A DNA stretch of 39,268 nt from Octopus bimaculoides. Taxonomy: Eukaryota. The notes below the pieces were generated by a model, which did no database searches, was not told the origin of the DNA, and saw nothing but the letters and a program-made list of their open reading frames with translations. A program made the translations under genes and the position numbers. The stretch lies in the NCBI RefSeq assembly GCF_001194135.2, contig NC_068981.1, forward strand, positions 130,522,773-130,562,040. The letters run 5' to 3'. Of this stretch, positions 1 to 11,400 are shown piece after piece; the first letter of the stretch is position 1, and each line of letters starts with the position of its first letter.

Positions 1-48
<48 letters not shown>
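1..48. repeat. (AT)n microsatellite
   Basis: Perfect AT dinucleotide run at the window start. Confidence 0.98.
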
Positions 49-54
<6 letters not shown>

Positions 55-1249
55 AGAGTATCTGACTAATTATTATTGAACATGTAGAAGTATTCTCAGT
101 AGTGCAACTGAAATTTCTAATAAATGAGCATATTTGCAGAGATCTATGTCCAGATGATCTATTCACCATTGATATTTTCTTGTTGATAGGCAGATTCGAT
201 TTTTAGTAGTTTGGAAGCCAAAGCAAGTTGATGTTATTAATGTTCTCCATCTTTAACATTCATGTAAGAAAAAAGAAAAGAAAAGAAAAGAAAATCTGTG
301 ATCCTAATAGAAAATCCAGTGTATTCTCAATGTAATTAATGGAATATAGTGGATCTGGAAGAATACACTAATATTAAATATCAAACTGACCTTGACAGCT
401 ATGAAGTTTCAGATTTGAAGTGATAGATTTTAAGCAGAGATAATAATTTCCCCTCTTCTCTGTCAAAACTAGTCTTGCGTTTGACATAAGGAAAAAAATT
501 TTTTTTCTTTAAATATGTTCACTGTCCTAAGGTGATAGGGCTTTGCCTATAACCTTTAAAATGTTTTCTCAGAGGATTGCTTAAGTGATGGTAATATCTA
601 ATTTGAAGTAGTGAAAGTCAGGAATTATTTTAAACACAAAGATATGATAGGCATTTTAGTTGTGGAAGAGATTAAAAAACTTGAGACAAAACGGAGGTTG
701 ACAGTCAACATTTTCGACGTTAATGTCTTTAGTTACTTAGAAAATGAAGGTTATGCATGAGCAAAATGTTGTTTGGGCCGAAATAGTAATGAAGCTTTCT
801 ATGTGGTTTTACCATTTTCTGTCAGTTGAGCTTATGATATATAGATATCAGTAAAAACTGATATGGTATAACAGGTATGTAGAGAGGTTTATTATCAGCT
901 AACTAAATAGTACAAGCTTGTGCCTATCAGCATTTGAACAAATTGTTGTTTTGGCCCTGGTCAGCCCTGATCAAGTAAATTTATGCTTAATGGCCAGGAG
1001 CAGTGTGCATTTTTTGCCATATCTAAGACCTATCTTATCCATTATGCTGACAGTTACAATGTGTCTCTTTTTAAAAATAGTAGAATATAATTTAAGGGAA
1101 GTCTACTTGTTAGTTTTTGTAGATCAAGTAACTGTGTAAAGATAGGGGTAACGAAATAAAGGGAGAATTAACTTAAAATATAATAAATTCAAATTACAAC
1201 AAGCGTAAATAAACAAACGAAGTTTGCTTTTAGAAGCGTTGAGGTGTCT

Positions 1250-1570
1250 TAGAAAGTTAAAGAAGCGATTTTAAATTCTCAATCGCAGAATAATGCTAAT
1301 AATATAGCCTGAACAGGATAAACTACCCCTATTTTGCAGAGAAAAGTGTAGGTGGCTAGCTGTGGACACAAACTCACATCCCCGTGATTACGCGTTGCGA
1401 TGCTTTGACCGATTAAGCTAAACTACCCACTACGAATTCCTCTGCAAATTTAAGATATATAAAGCCACCTACACTTTTCTCTGCAAAATAGGGATAGTTT
1501 ATCCTGTTCAGGCTATATTATTAGCATTATTCTGCGATTGAGAATTTAAAATCACTTCTTTTACTTTTTA
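1250..1570. repeat. Long inverted repeat (arms about 1250-1357 and 1463-1570, 105-nt spacer)
   Basis: 1260-1357 equals the reverse complement of 1463-1560 with 2 mismatches; imperfect extension of about 10 bp further out. Confidence 0.93.
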
Positions 1571-1789
1571 AAATATAATCTTTTTAATTAACGGTTTACA
1601 ATGTAGAACCAGTAATTGTGGCAAAATTCAATGGCTTGGTAATTTTACCCTTGTCACTGGCATCGAATCTTGAATAGGCTTACACTGATGAACATCATCA
1701 TCATAATTGGCACAATAATTCCTTAGATTAACTTCAAGGTAAAGGTCAACTGATCTTGTTGCTCTTTATAGATTAATTTATTGTTTGTT

Positions 1790-1922
1790 GCTGTCTGCTG
1801 ACAGCTTGTTTAATCCTACTTCTGGGTTGAGTGATTAGATATCCAGACATTAGTTTTACACATTTTAGCAATCTATAGGAGGAAGATTGATAGCAAGAAC
1901 AACTGAATATTAATGCAAGTTG
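1790..1922. repeat. Diverged interspersed repeat, with a second copy at about 2870-3010
   Basis: Both loci share the string gtctgctgacagc...gttgagtga...atccaga(c/t)attag...acacatt...tagcaatctatagga...gatag..agaaca.ctga.tatt. Confidence 0.8.
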
Positions 1923-2249
1923 TAACGTGATTGAATAATTGTCATTCATTAACACTTCCACCTGAAACTTTGCTTGGATAATGCTAGGTTTAAGAAGTTT
2001 AGGGAAAATAGAGTAATACATTGGCATTTAAAATAGCTCATATTTATATGCCTTAATATTGGTAAAGGACAATTGTAGGTAAATTAAATAATAGTCCTTT
2101 TTTTTAGCACTGACAGTAACTAGAAATTGACGAACGATTCCTGCTGTTTTTAAGTGGATTTCTTCATATTTTCATTTTATTATTGCATTAACAATATTTA
2201 TAATTTAAGGAATATGTATATTTAAATATTGAAATATCAGAAGTGTAAA

Positions 2250-2568
2250 TCATCATCATCATTGTCGTTTAACATCCACTTTCCATGATGGCATGGGTTG
2301 GATGGTTTGGCTGAGGACTGGCAAGTCAGAAGGCTGTACCAGGCTCTAATCTGATCTGGCAAGGTTTCTACAGCTGGATGCCCTTCTTAACGCCAACTAC
2401 TCCGAGAGTGTAGTGAGTGCTTTTTACATGCACCAGCATGAGGGCCAGTCAGGCGGTACTGGCATCAACAACGCTTGAATGGTGCTTTTTATATGCCACC
2501 GGCATGGGAGCCAGTCAGGCAGCACTGGCAATGACCACATTCGAATGGTGCTTTTTATGTACCACCGG
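2250..2568 (-). mobile_element. Retroposon 3' end with (GAT)n tail (SINE/LINE shared tail family)
   Basis: (cat)n followed by cgtttaacatcc..ttccatg..ggcatgggttgg and ctacagctggatgcccttc. Related copies at about 3012-3240 (-), 15988-16145 (-), 17460-17667, 20985-21140, 22975-23108, 28945-29092, 35528-35586 and 35947-36086 (+). Confidence 0.85.
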
Positions 2569-4722
2569 AGAATAAAGTAATTTATTGCTATTGACTACTT
2601 TAGTTTTGACTGTTTTTTGTTTTGGTTGTAATTGAAAGAAATAAAATCTGCCACTGACAGGTTTTATTCCAGTAACTCTTTAGGAAGAATTAGATTATTG
2701 GCTTATTTTATGGTTATTAGATCATTTAATGAATGTCCTGTAAAAAAAAAGCAAAACAAAAAAACACACACTAGTACACTAGAAGAGTGTATCCCAGCAG
2801 CATAGCCACTGTGTGCAGTGACTGAAACCAGTCGAAGAAATTACCAAATGATAATTACAAAATATTCTTTGTCTGCTGACAGCATGTACTAATCTCAGTT
2901 CTTTGTTGAGTGACAAGAGATCCAGATATTAGCTTTACACATTGTAGCAAGTTAGCAATCTATAGGAATAAGTTTGATAGGAAGAACAGCTGAGTATTTA
3001 AATGAAGTTCCATTATATCATTTAACATCTATGTTCCATGCTTGCATGGGTTAGGTGGTTTGACAAGGATTTGATGAGTTGAAGGACTGCATTGTGCTCC
3101 AGTGTCTCCTTTGGCATGCTTTCTATGGATGGATGACCTTCCTAATGTCAACCATTTTACTGGGTGTTTTTTTTTCATGCTGCTGGCACTATTGAAGTTA
3201 CCATGTAGCTCACAAGCCAACAAACCCAGGGAGGGAGGATATTGCACCCATATATTAGATGGGGGTTGAGGTTTCTAAATATAAAATGATTAAATATGCT
3301 AATGCCTTATTATAGTTTCAAAGACTTAAATAATATGTGCATTTATTTGATTTGTATCAAATTCAGACGGATTTAAGTCCTCTTAATGTTCAGCTTACAT
3401 GTAGAAATATAGTACATCTAACTTTACTGTCTTTTGAAAGCAATCATTTTATGGACACATCTTTTAATAAAGTTTAATTACTTAGCTTTGATTCTAATTG
3501 ATTCATTAAATTTAAAAATTCAATTTTTAGTGTTTTATGGGAAAAAAAAAATTGAAACTTTTCTTCAAGCTTCTCTTTATAGTAAAATGTCTATTCTAGC
3601 TATAATCCTCTATCAGATTCTTTATTATTTAAGTAACTAATGAGTTATAAACTCAGCCTGCTATTTTAACTCTCTAGCTACTCTGTTCTGTTCATCTAGT
3701 TAGTCTATTTCGTTAATCAGCCAAAAAGCTGCACTGATTTAACTCTAACGCCTTTTCAAACCACTAACTTGCTTTTAAACCTGGTATTGACTTCATATGA
3801 AATTTATAATTTTATGACAGAAAATATATTATTTCAAAATACTTTCAATGATAACTTCAATTTAATGTAAGTGTTTCTATAATTTCATGGTTTTGGTACT
3901 AATTTTATGAAAGGTTTGTCACCTTTATATCCTCTGATATGGTTTGTAAATGTCATTTGGTATTTTATTCTTTAATTGCATTGTGGTGATGCTGGGGCAA
4001 TGCCTTCTTGAGTGTTGGTGATTACATTGATTATATTGAATTGGGTAGGATGAAGGACACACTTGACTTGAGTGAGACTATTTGAACTCAGAGTACAAAG
4101 TGACACAATTGAATACCCACTGTGTAGTTTATCCAATGTTGTACTGATTCTGACACCCACCTGCCTTGTCTGTACTTTTTTCCAGACACTGTTCTAGTGC
4201 AAATATTCAAGTTCGACAACTGATATTGCATGTCTAGGACAACTTTTTTGAGACTATCATTTCATAAAAGAATATCAGTGTTGCATATTTCAAATGTACA
4301 CAATTGTTTTATGTAGCATATATTATATAATAGGATCATTCCCTCCTTTATGTAGTGGAGTTTCTATGCTAAAGCTACAAAGGGAAGATTTTGATGCTAT
4401 TGAATGGCATGCATAGTTCAACCATAGTGAATTGCTGATAAAATTTCTTTTATATATTAATGCATATTGAATTATATATGTATAATCTTTGGTTCAAAGA
4501 TATACCATTCTGTACTGTATCATCTAAACTTGTGATATATGCAGAATTTAGAATAGAATGTGTATGCTGAATGTCTCTTGTGTTAGCTCAAAGTGATATT
4601 GAAATGCTAAAGTCAATTCTGTATCTGACTCACATTATGAGACTGCCAATTTACAAAACCTGGTTTAGATAAAGAATGCTTCTCATGCTTTGTCAAAAGA
4701 ATTATTTATGAAGATGGTGATC

Positions 4723-4796
4723 TGTGTAACATTACAAACATCTGCTTGCTTCTTCCCAATGTATAACGTTACAAACATCTGCTTGCTTCTTCCCAA
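4723..4796. repeat. 37-bp tandem duplication
   Basis: tgtgtaacattacaaacatctgcttgcttcttcccaa / tgtataacgttacaaacatctgcttgcttcttcccaa (2 mismatches). Confidence 0.95.
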
Positions 4797-5348
4797 AGAA
4801 ATGGTATATATTGGTCTAACTTTAGTTTTATGTATCAAGCAATATAATCAAACTTATGATTTTATTATGAATAATATTGATTAGAAAATTAGAATTTGTT
4901 ATTTGAATATTTGGATTATAGTAATTTTAAAATAGGAACCCATATAATTATGAATTTTATAGTTTAATTTTAACCTAATAAAGAACCTCATGCTAATCTA
5001 TTAGTATTAAAGAGAAAACTGACAGTTTGGTAAGAAGATAGGAAGTTAATATTTACTGATTCATACAAAATGTGTTGCAATTTTGTTTTCCATTTCTGAA
5101 AATTTAATGTAAATTATTGAATGTACTTTTAATGTTGAAGATTCAGTCTTTGGACTTGAGGAAAGTTAGAACACTATTAAAGTATTTTAAAGTTTAAATG
5201 AATTACTTATTGAAAAGAGTGAGTAGAAACAATGCCTATCTAAACACGTTTTGATTTTTCCTTCCCTTATAAAATTCACTTGAAATTGCTAATGCACACA
5301 TTTATTCTTTGCAACTATATTCTGTTATTATATAACTTTTATTTTCAG

Positions 5349-5453
5349 GGCCGTACAATGGAAAGACTGACTGATATAGAATTGAGTAGTGTCCATGCAA
5401 CTAAGCCTAAAAGCACTGGTTTGGTTAATGATGCCACATCAATTGTCTTGCAG
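5349..5453 (+). CDS. NDRG: NDRG first visible coding exon (ATG at 5358; MERLTDIELSSVHATKPKSTGLVNDATSIVLQ)
   Basis: Acceptor attttcag|GG at 5348/5349, ATG in strong context ACAATGG, donor CAG|gtaggt at 5454. Resembles the NDRG N-terminus (e.g. MxELxDVxL). Phase 0 matches the next exon. Confidence 0.85.
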
Positions 5454-8400
5454 GTAGGTTGTCATTTACAGTGAAATACTTTTCCTTTAAATTGTCATCT
5501 GTATTTGATTTTTTTTATATCAGTCATTCATTTATTATGGTAATTTACCACTTAGGAAAGGTTGTGTCTAGTGGCTTTATCATTTAGGTAGATGAGCATC
5601 AAGGATAGTTTGACACTTAATTGAATCCATCAATCCATCTTCCCTGTCCACTATTACTGGGAGGGTTGTGGAAGTAAAGTCTTCAGGCACCTCCTCCATA
5701 GAGTGCTATCAGAAGTAGCCATCATTATACTTTCTCAAGTATGACCAACTGAGACTATGGATATTTGCCAACTGTCACATTCTTGGTCTACCCCTAGGTC
5801 TTCTGCCAGTTGGCTCAGCTTGAAGAATCCATCTTGTGAGTTTTTACTACAACATTCTAATCACATGTCCATAGCATTGGAGCTGTGACTTCTCAATGAG
5901 AGATTCTCTGATCTCCAAGCTCCTCTGTAGATGCTTGTGTACATTACTTACCCCTGTATGTGACAATTGGTGCCACTCTCCCTAATTGTGAAAATGTTAA
6001 GTGGTTCAGAGGCATCTCTTTCTCTAGATAAGTTTTGGCTAAGTGATGACATCTTCACTAAAATTTAATCAAAATCTCATCAACTTATAAGTTTTCTTGC
6101 TATATACAAAGATGAGCTGTATCCACCTACTTACAGTTCGGTAGGTTACGATATTGAGGTATGTGGGTCAGTTAGGACTTAATTTTACATGATTTTACTG
6201 GTTAAATAACTATGCTTGTACATGACCCAAGTCACGTACAAGTCCATTGTACAGGACTTAGTCATTTAATTTTCTTTGAAATTTCTTTACTCTGTATGCA
6301 GTTTTAACTCCTTGCTCAAACATTTGGAGTTTGTGTTCTTGTAATTCATATTTTGCACTCCCCAATGTTTCTTTTGTTCATTTTGCTTTAAGGATTAAGC
6401 TAAACTGTCCATTTAATCCTACTCCTTGTTTTGTACTTCTAATTTTCCTTGTTCGACTTCAGTTCTACATCTAAACCCCTTTGTGACTTCAACACTAAAC
6501 ACATTACAGTTGGTTTTCTCCTTCCTCTCATTCCTTATCAAGTATCTCACCTCTGCTAACGATTACATTGGTATTGCAGACTATCTAATACCTGAAAGTA
6601 ATGATCTTGAGTTACAACTATTTGGACACATGATACTTTTGTAAATTGTATGAGCTACTAGCTGCATTATCTACATTGCTCTTACACTTCAGTTCATAAG
6701 CCATTGAGTTGTAGGGACACTATTGGAGACTGACTGCTTATAGTGTATCTAGGTCATGTCAGCTTGACAGCACCCGCCTCTTTTCAAGGCAGCTGGAAGT
6801 TATTTTCATTAAATAATATTCAAGTCCATATCTATTGAAGAAATATATTACAGATTCTTTGTTGCATGTTGGTCATTGAATATTCTATATAGATAGATGA
6901 GCAACAAGTTCTGAATCTTGTCTTGAATTCAGAGCTTCAAGAGTTAAAATACCATAAAATCTTGAAGATTCAATTTCAATGCTCATAATGTTTACTTTTA
7001 AATTTTGATCTGATAAAGAATTTAGTATCAGAAACCATCTAAACTGAAGATAATCTTCACCAGGTTAGTTTAATTAAGCTCTTTTTGATTATCCAGTCTT
7101 TTCATTTCAGTTCTGTTAACTATGTTAGAGCTGTTTGTATTTTGTTATTGTTTCTGGAAAAGAATTAACTTTGTTAAATTTGATAGCTGATGCTATATAT
7201 ATATATATATAACCTTTTCTATAATGTTATTCATTAAAGCCTCCTTCAGTTTTAATAACTGCTTCTATATGAATGAGATCTAAATTGTCTATATGCTCAA
7301 ATCAAGTGGTACTGGTTCATTTTGGACATCACTTTGACTATGGTGCCTTTCAAAGAATCTTTGACTCATTGACCTCTCTCTCAACAATGCTCCACACATA
7401 ATAGTCCAATGGATTGAAGTCTGGGGAATTAAGAGGTCAAATGTTAGGGGTTATGTGATCATGAAAATTTTCAGCCATCCATTCCTGCATTACTTGAGCC
7501 TCATGTGAGAGTGCAGAGTTTTGCTGAAACACATATGGCCTTTCATTGTGTACACTGTCTATCCAGGGTTTAACAACTGTTTCCAGGACCTCAATGTAGG
7601 CGGCACAATGAACTCTAGGGCCTTGTGGAAAAAGTAAGGAGGTGACAACCCCTAAAACCATGACAGTTGCTGGAAATTTTGTACGCATAACTTTTGGAAC
7701 TTCAGAAGAGTGTGCACATAACCATCTGTCATTTCTTCTGCTAACTTTTTAATATCTTGATTGAAGTTTTCTTGGCTGAGAAAAACCATATCAAATCTGC
7801 TGGAATTTTCAGTTTGTTTAAGATCCTTTTAGATCTGATGTAGTGATTTTCTTTTGCTCTTTTTGACATAAATTGACCTTTCTTCATTATATAAGACTTA
7901 TATCTGATGTCTTCATGGACAACATTTCTGATTGTTCCCTCTGACACATAGAGATCTTTTGCAATTGACCTCATGGATTTTCTAGGATTCTAATCAATGG
8001 CTTGTTGAACTTACTGGATAAATTCAGGTGGTCTGATGATTTAAGAGTGTTTAACTCCTCATGAACTTTGTAGATGAAAGATCTGGCAACTTTTAAAAAT
8101 CAAGACATTTCAAAATTGCTGTGCTCATCCTTTATAGCCATGATAACAGCATGCCTCTTCATTTCCTGAGTAAGTTGAGGGTCTGCTGTTAATATAAAAC
8201 ACACACACACTCCTGGATTCTGTGTTGTATATATTCCTCCCTTGGGTGGGGTGCTGGTCTGTTACAGGATTACGCATTTTTACCAGCTGAGTAGACTGGA
8301 GCAACATGTAATGAAGTTTTTTGCTCAAGAACACAATACATCACTTGGTCCAGGAATTGAAACCACAACCTTACAATCATGAGTGCAATACCCTTACTAA

Positions 8401-11400
8401 GTCATGTACCCCCCCACGTATTTGATCCCTTAAGCTGGTTCATATTCTAATCCTATTTCTAAGTACTCAGTTTATTGAAATACATGATACAGTGGTTAAG
8501 ATGTCAGGCTCATGACCATAAAGTTGTACATTTGATTCCTGTATTGAGTAGCACATGGTATCCTTGAGTAAAGTATATCATTTCACATTGCTCCAGTTTA
8601 CTCAGCTGAAAATGCTCACCAGCTGAGTGTTGGTGCAGTCCTTTCTCTCTCCATCTAATGCATACTGGGTGTTGCCATTGGTTCAAAGGGTGGTAGAGCA
8701 TGCTTTTGACGATGTAGGCAACTGAAACAATTTTTGAAAGTATGGTGTATTACCAAGTTGCACATGCTTGCAAGTGACAACTATGTTTTTTTTCACATTG
8801 TTATTCTTAATAATATCACATATAACTCAGCTGACCTACAATGTGTTTCTGATATTGTTTCGAGAATAAAATCTGGTATATTTTATTCACATAACTGTAA
8901 ATACCATGTACTAATACAGCTCACTGCTGTAAGTAGTAGGAACTCGGTATATAATTCGGTATAATTACCTTGTGCTGAATTCAAATTCAGCAGACATAAG
9001 GCTTTGCTTATATTTATTTGGAAATTTTATAGTTTAATATGATAAAGAAAATAATTAGCAATGTTGGAGAAGATTCTAAAAATGAAAAGTTGAGGGAAGT
9101 GTTTAATGTGAGAGGGGAGGCACAATGGCCCATTGGTTAGGGCAGCGGACTCGCAGTCATAGGATCGCGGTTTCGATTCCCAGACTGGGCGTTGAGAGTG
9201 TTTATTGAGCGAAAACACCTAAAACTCCACGAGGCTCCAGCAGGGGATGGTGGCAAATCCTGCTGTAATCTTTCACCACAACTTTCTCTCACTCTTACTT
9301 TCTGTAATTCAAAGAGCCAGCCTTGTTACACTCTGTGTCACGCTGAATCTCCCCAAGAACTACGTTAAGGGGACACGTGTCTGTGGAGTGCTCAGCAACT
9401 TGCACGTTAATTTCACGAGCAGGCTGTTCTGTTGATCGGATCGACTGGAACCCTCGATGTCGTAATCAATGGAGTGCCAACAACAACAACATGTGGGAGG
9501 AAGGAAAGAAACAGTTATCCTCAAGTAAAGGTGTAGTCAAATAAGTGAATCATAGGCTTAATGATAAGCCAATGACTGGAGTTAATTTTTAAGCACCAGT
9601 TTGTCTTCCCGATTGATTGCTTTCTCTTCACTACTGTCTGAGAGGTAGAGTGGTTGTAAGGTTAGATTGACAACCTCATGATCAATAATTAAGAATCTGT
9701 TATGACCAATTGGGTGTATTGTTTGCTTTAGTTTGTCTTGTTGAAAGTGTGTACCCTGCCTTCTTACCAGTTAAAGAGTTAACAGTAAGAAGTTCTTCCA
9801 ACTTTAAAATGTTGTGTACCAACAATGTGCAGATATCCAGAATTGTAACACCACTCCACTTGAGATAATAAGAGGTAATTGTTGTTTATTGTCTGAACAG
9901 CTATGATCAGGTAGACTTATGATCAAAGGCACTCCAGTGATGATCATTCTGTCTTGACACATAATGTATCATGGACTACATTATCTAATGTACCCCTTTC
10001 ATTGAGACAATAGTGTATGTTTTAGCAGAGATTTGACTACTATTTCTAGCAATCTAAGTAACTATGTTGAGGTTTCCTCATTAGTTTAAGAAAAGAAGGT
10101 TGGGAGAAGTAAAAGAAATAATTTCATGTAATACAAGGTGTTTAAAACAATTAACTATCATTTGTGATATAAATATCTGAATAACTACACAGTCTAGGCA
10201 AATGAGACTAAACAGGCTTAATGCTGAGCAAAATAAGATTTATTGAAAGGTATGAGAATTTCATGAATGGTTTCAGAAGAATTTTGATTTGTTTCTGCAT
10301 TGGCTGTTAAAATCATTTGAAAGAGAATTGGTCAAGTTATTAGATTACAAGCTATTATCAATTTTTCCAAAAGATCCTGTATTTGAATGTTAGGTATCAT
10401 GAAATGATATGTTGAAGATACAAAGAGATACTGAGATTCGAGTCCTGCAGACCAGTCTAACTTGTATCAGCTCCACTTTGTCTTTCAGTTTCTTGTATAT
10501 GATAATTTAGCTCTTAGGTAAGTGATAGCTTAGTTTTTTTTCTTTGATTTTTTTTTATTATGAGGAAGAGTATTGACACAGCCTCAGTATATTACTGGTT
10601 TTCCATAATTGATGGAGCATGAGAGGAGTCAGTGTTGAACTAAATAGTTTTTGAGCTGAAAATATGCTTTTGTAATAGTGACAATTCTCTGTAGCAGTTC
10701 TCCATTAGATATAAAACCTCAGATTTCTAGAGGAAGATAATACAGAAGCTTTGATATCCAAACTTTTCATAAAGTAAAAAAATAAATAATTAAAAAGTGA
10801 TAATAGGCTTTAGACAATTGCTTACACAGGTTACTGAGGCACCATTTATGGGATTTGAACCTTTGGCTCTTTGACTTAGTGGGTGAAGTCATGTGACTAC
10901 TTTCATTATGATCTTCCATAAGCTTCTGATTTTTCTTAAAAAAACGAATGAAAAATGACATTGATTCTTTTCTTAAAAGGGTTTTAAAACTTAGAAATAT
11001 CTGAGTTTATCAACAAGACTGAGTTGATCAACAGCTTATTTAATTATGCTTCCTGAAGATGCTTCCCAATTTATATGTTTGTTTTGCAAAAGATAAATTA
11101 GTTGGGTGAATTTTTTATTTTATTCAGACACATTTGTCAAAACTCTTTTAATTTTCAGATTAAAGTATGATTTCAGGTCAGCCCTGCATATGAAGGTAGC
11201 ATTTGCCAATTATAAAGTGAGTCCATTACTTTACAGCTGTAGGCTACAGTGCTCCATGGTACCTATTTGAAGATTGTAAAGATTTTAGACTTTGTTATTG
11301 GATCACAAAGTGATTTAGTAAACTGAGTTAAAGCCAAATTGTCAATGGTTGCAACTAAATACTGCAAGTATTTAGTTTGCTGTTGTAATCTCTCAACTTT

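Noticed and set aside
1314-1327. 14-mer caggataaactacc shared with the mariner 5' region at about 35111
   Set aside because: One 14-bp match in 39 kb of AT-rich DNA is expected by chance, and the flanks do not align.
6470-6520. CDFNTKH, a possible LINE endonuclease GDFN motif
   Set aside because: Single short degenerate motif with no supporting neighbours; not enough to call.
9116-9190. tRNA gene
   Set aside because: It is the tRNA-like head of a SINE: it continues into a 300-bp body, tail and TSD, and I could not fold a proper acceptor stem.
11159-11176. Possible microexon (ATTAAA|gtatga, or 18 nt to |gtcagc) in the phase-0 intron
   Set aside because: The 18-nt form contains in-frame TGA. 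The 6-nt form is only an AG..GT pattern expected by chance in a 6-kb AT-rich intron.
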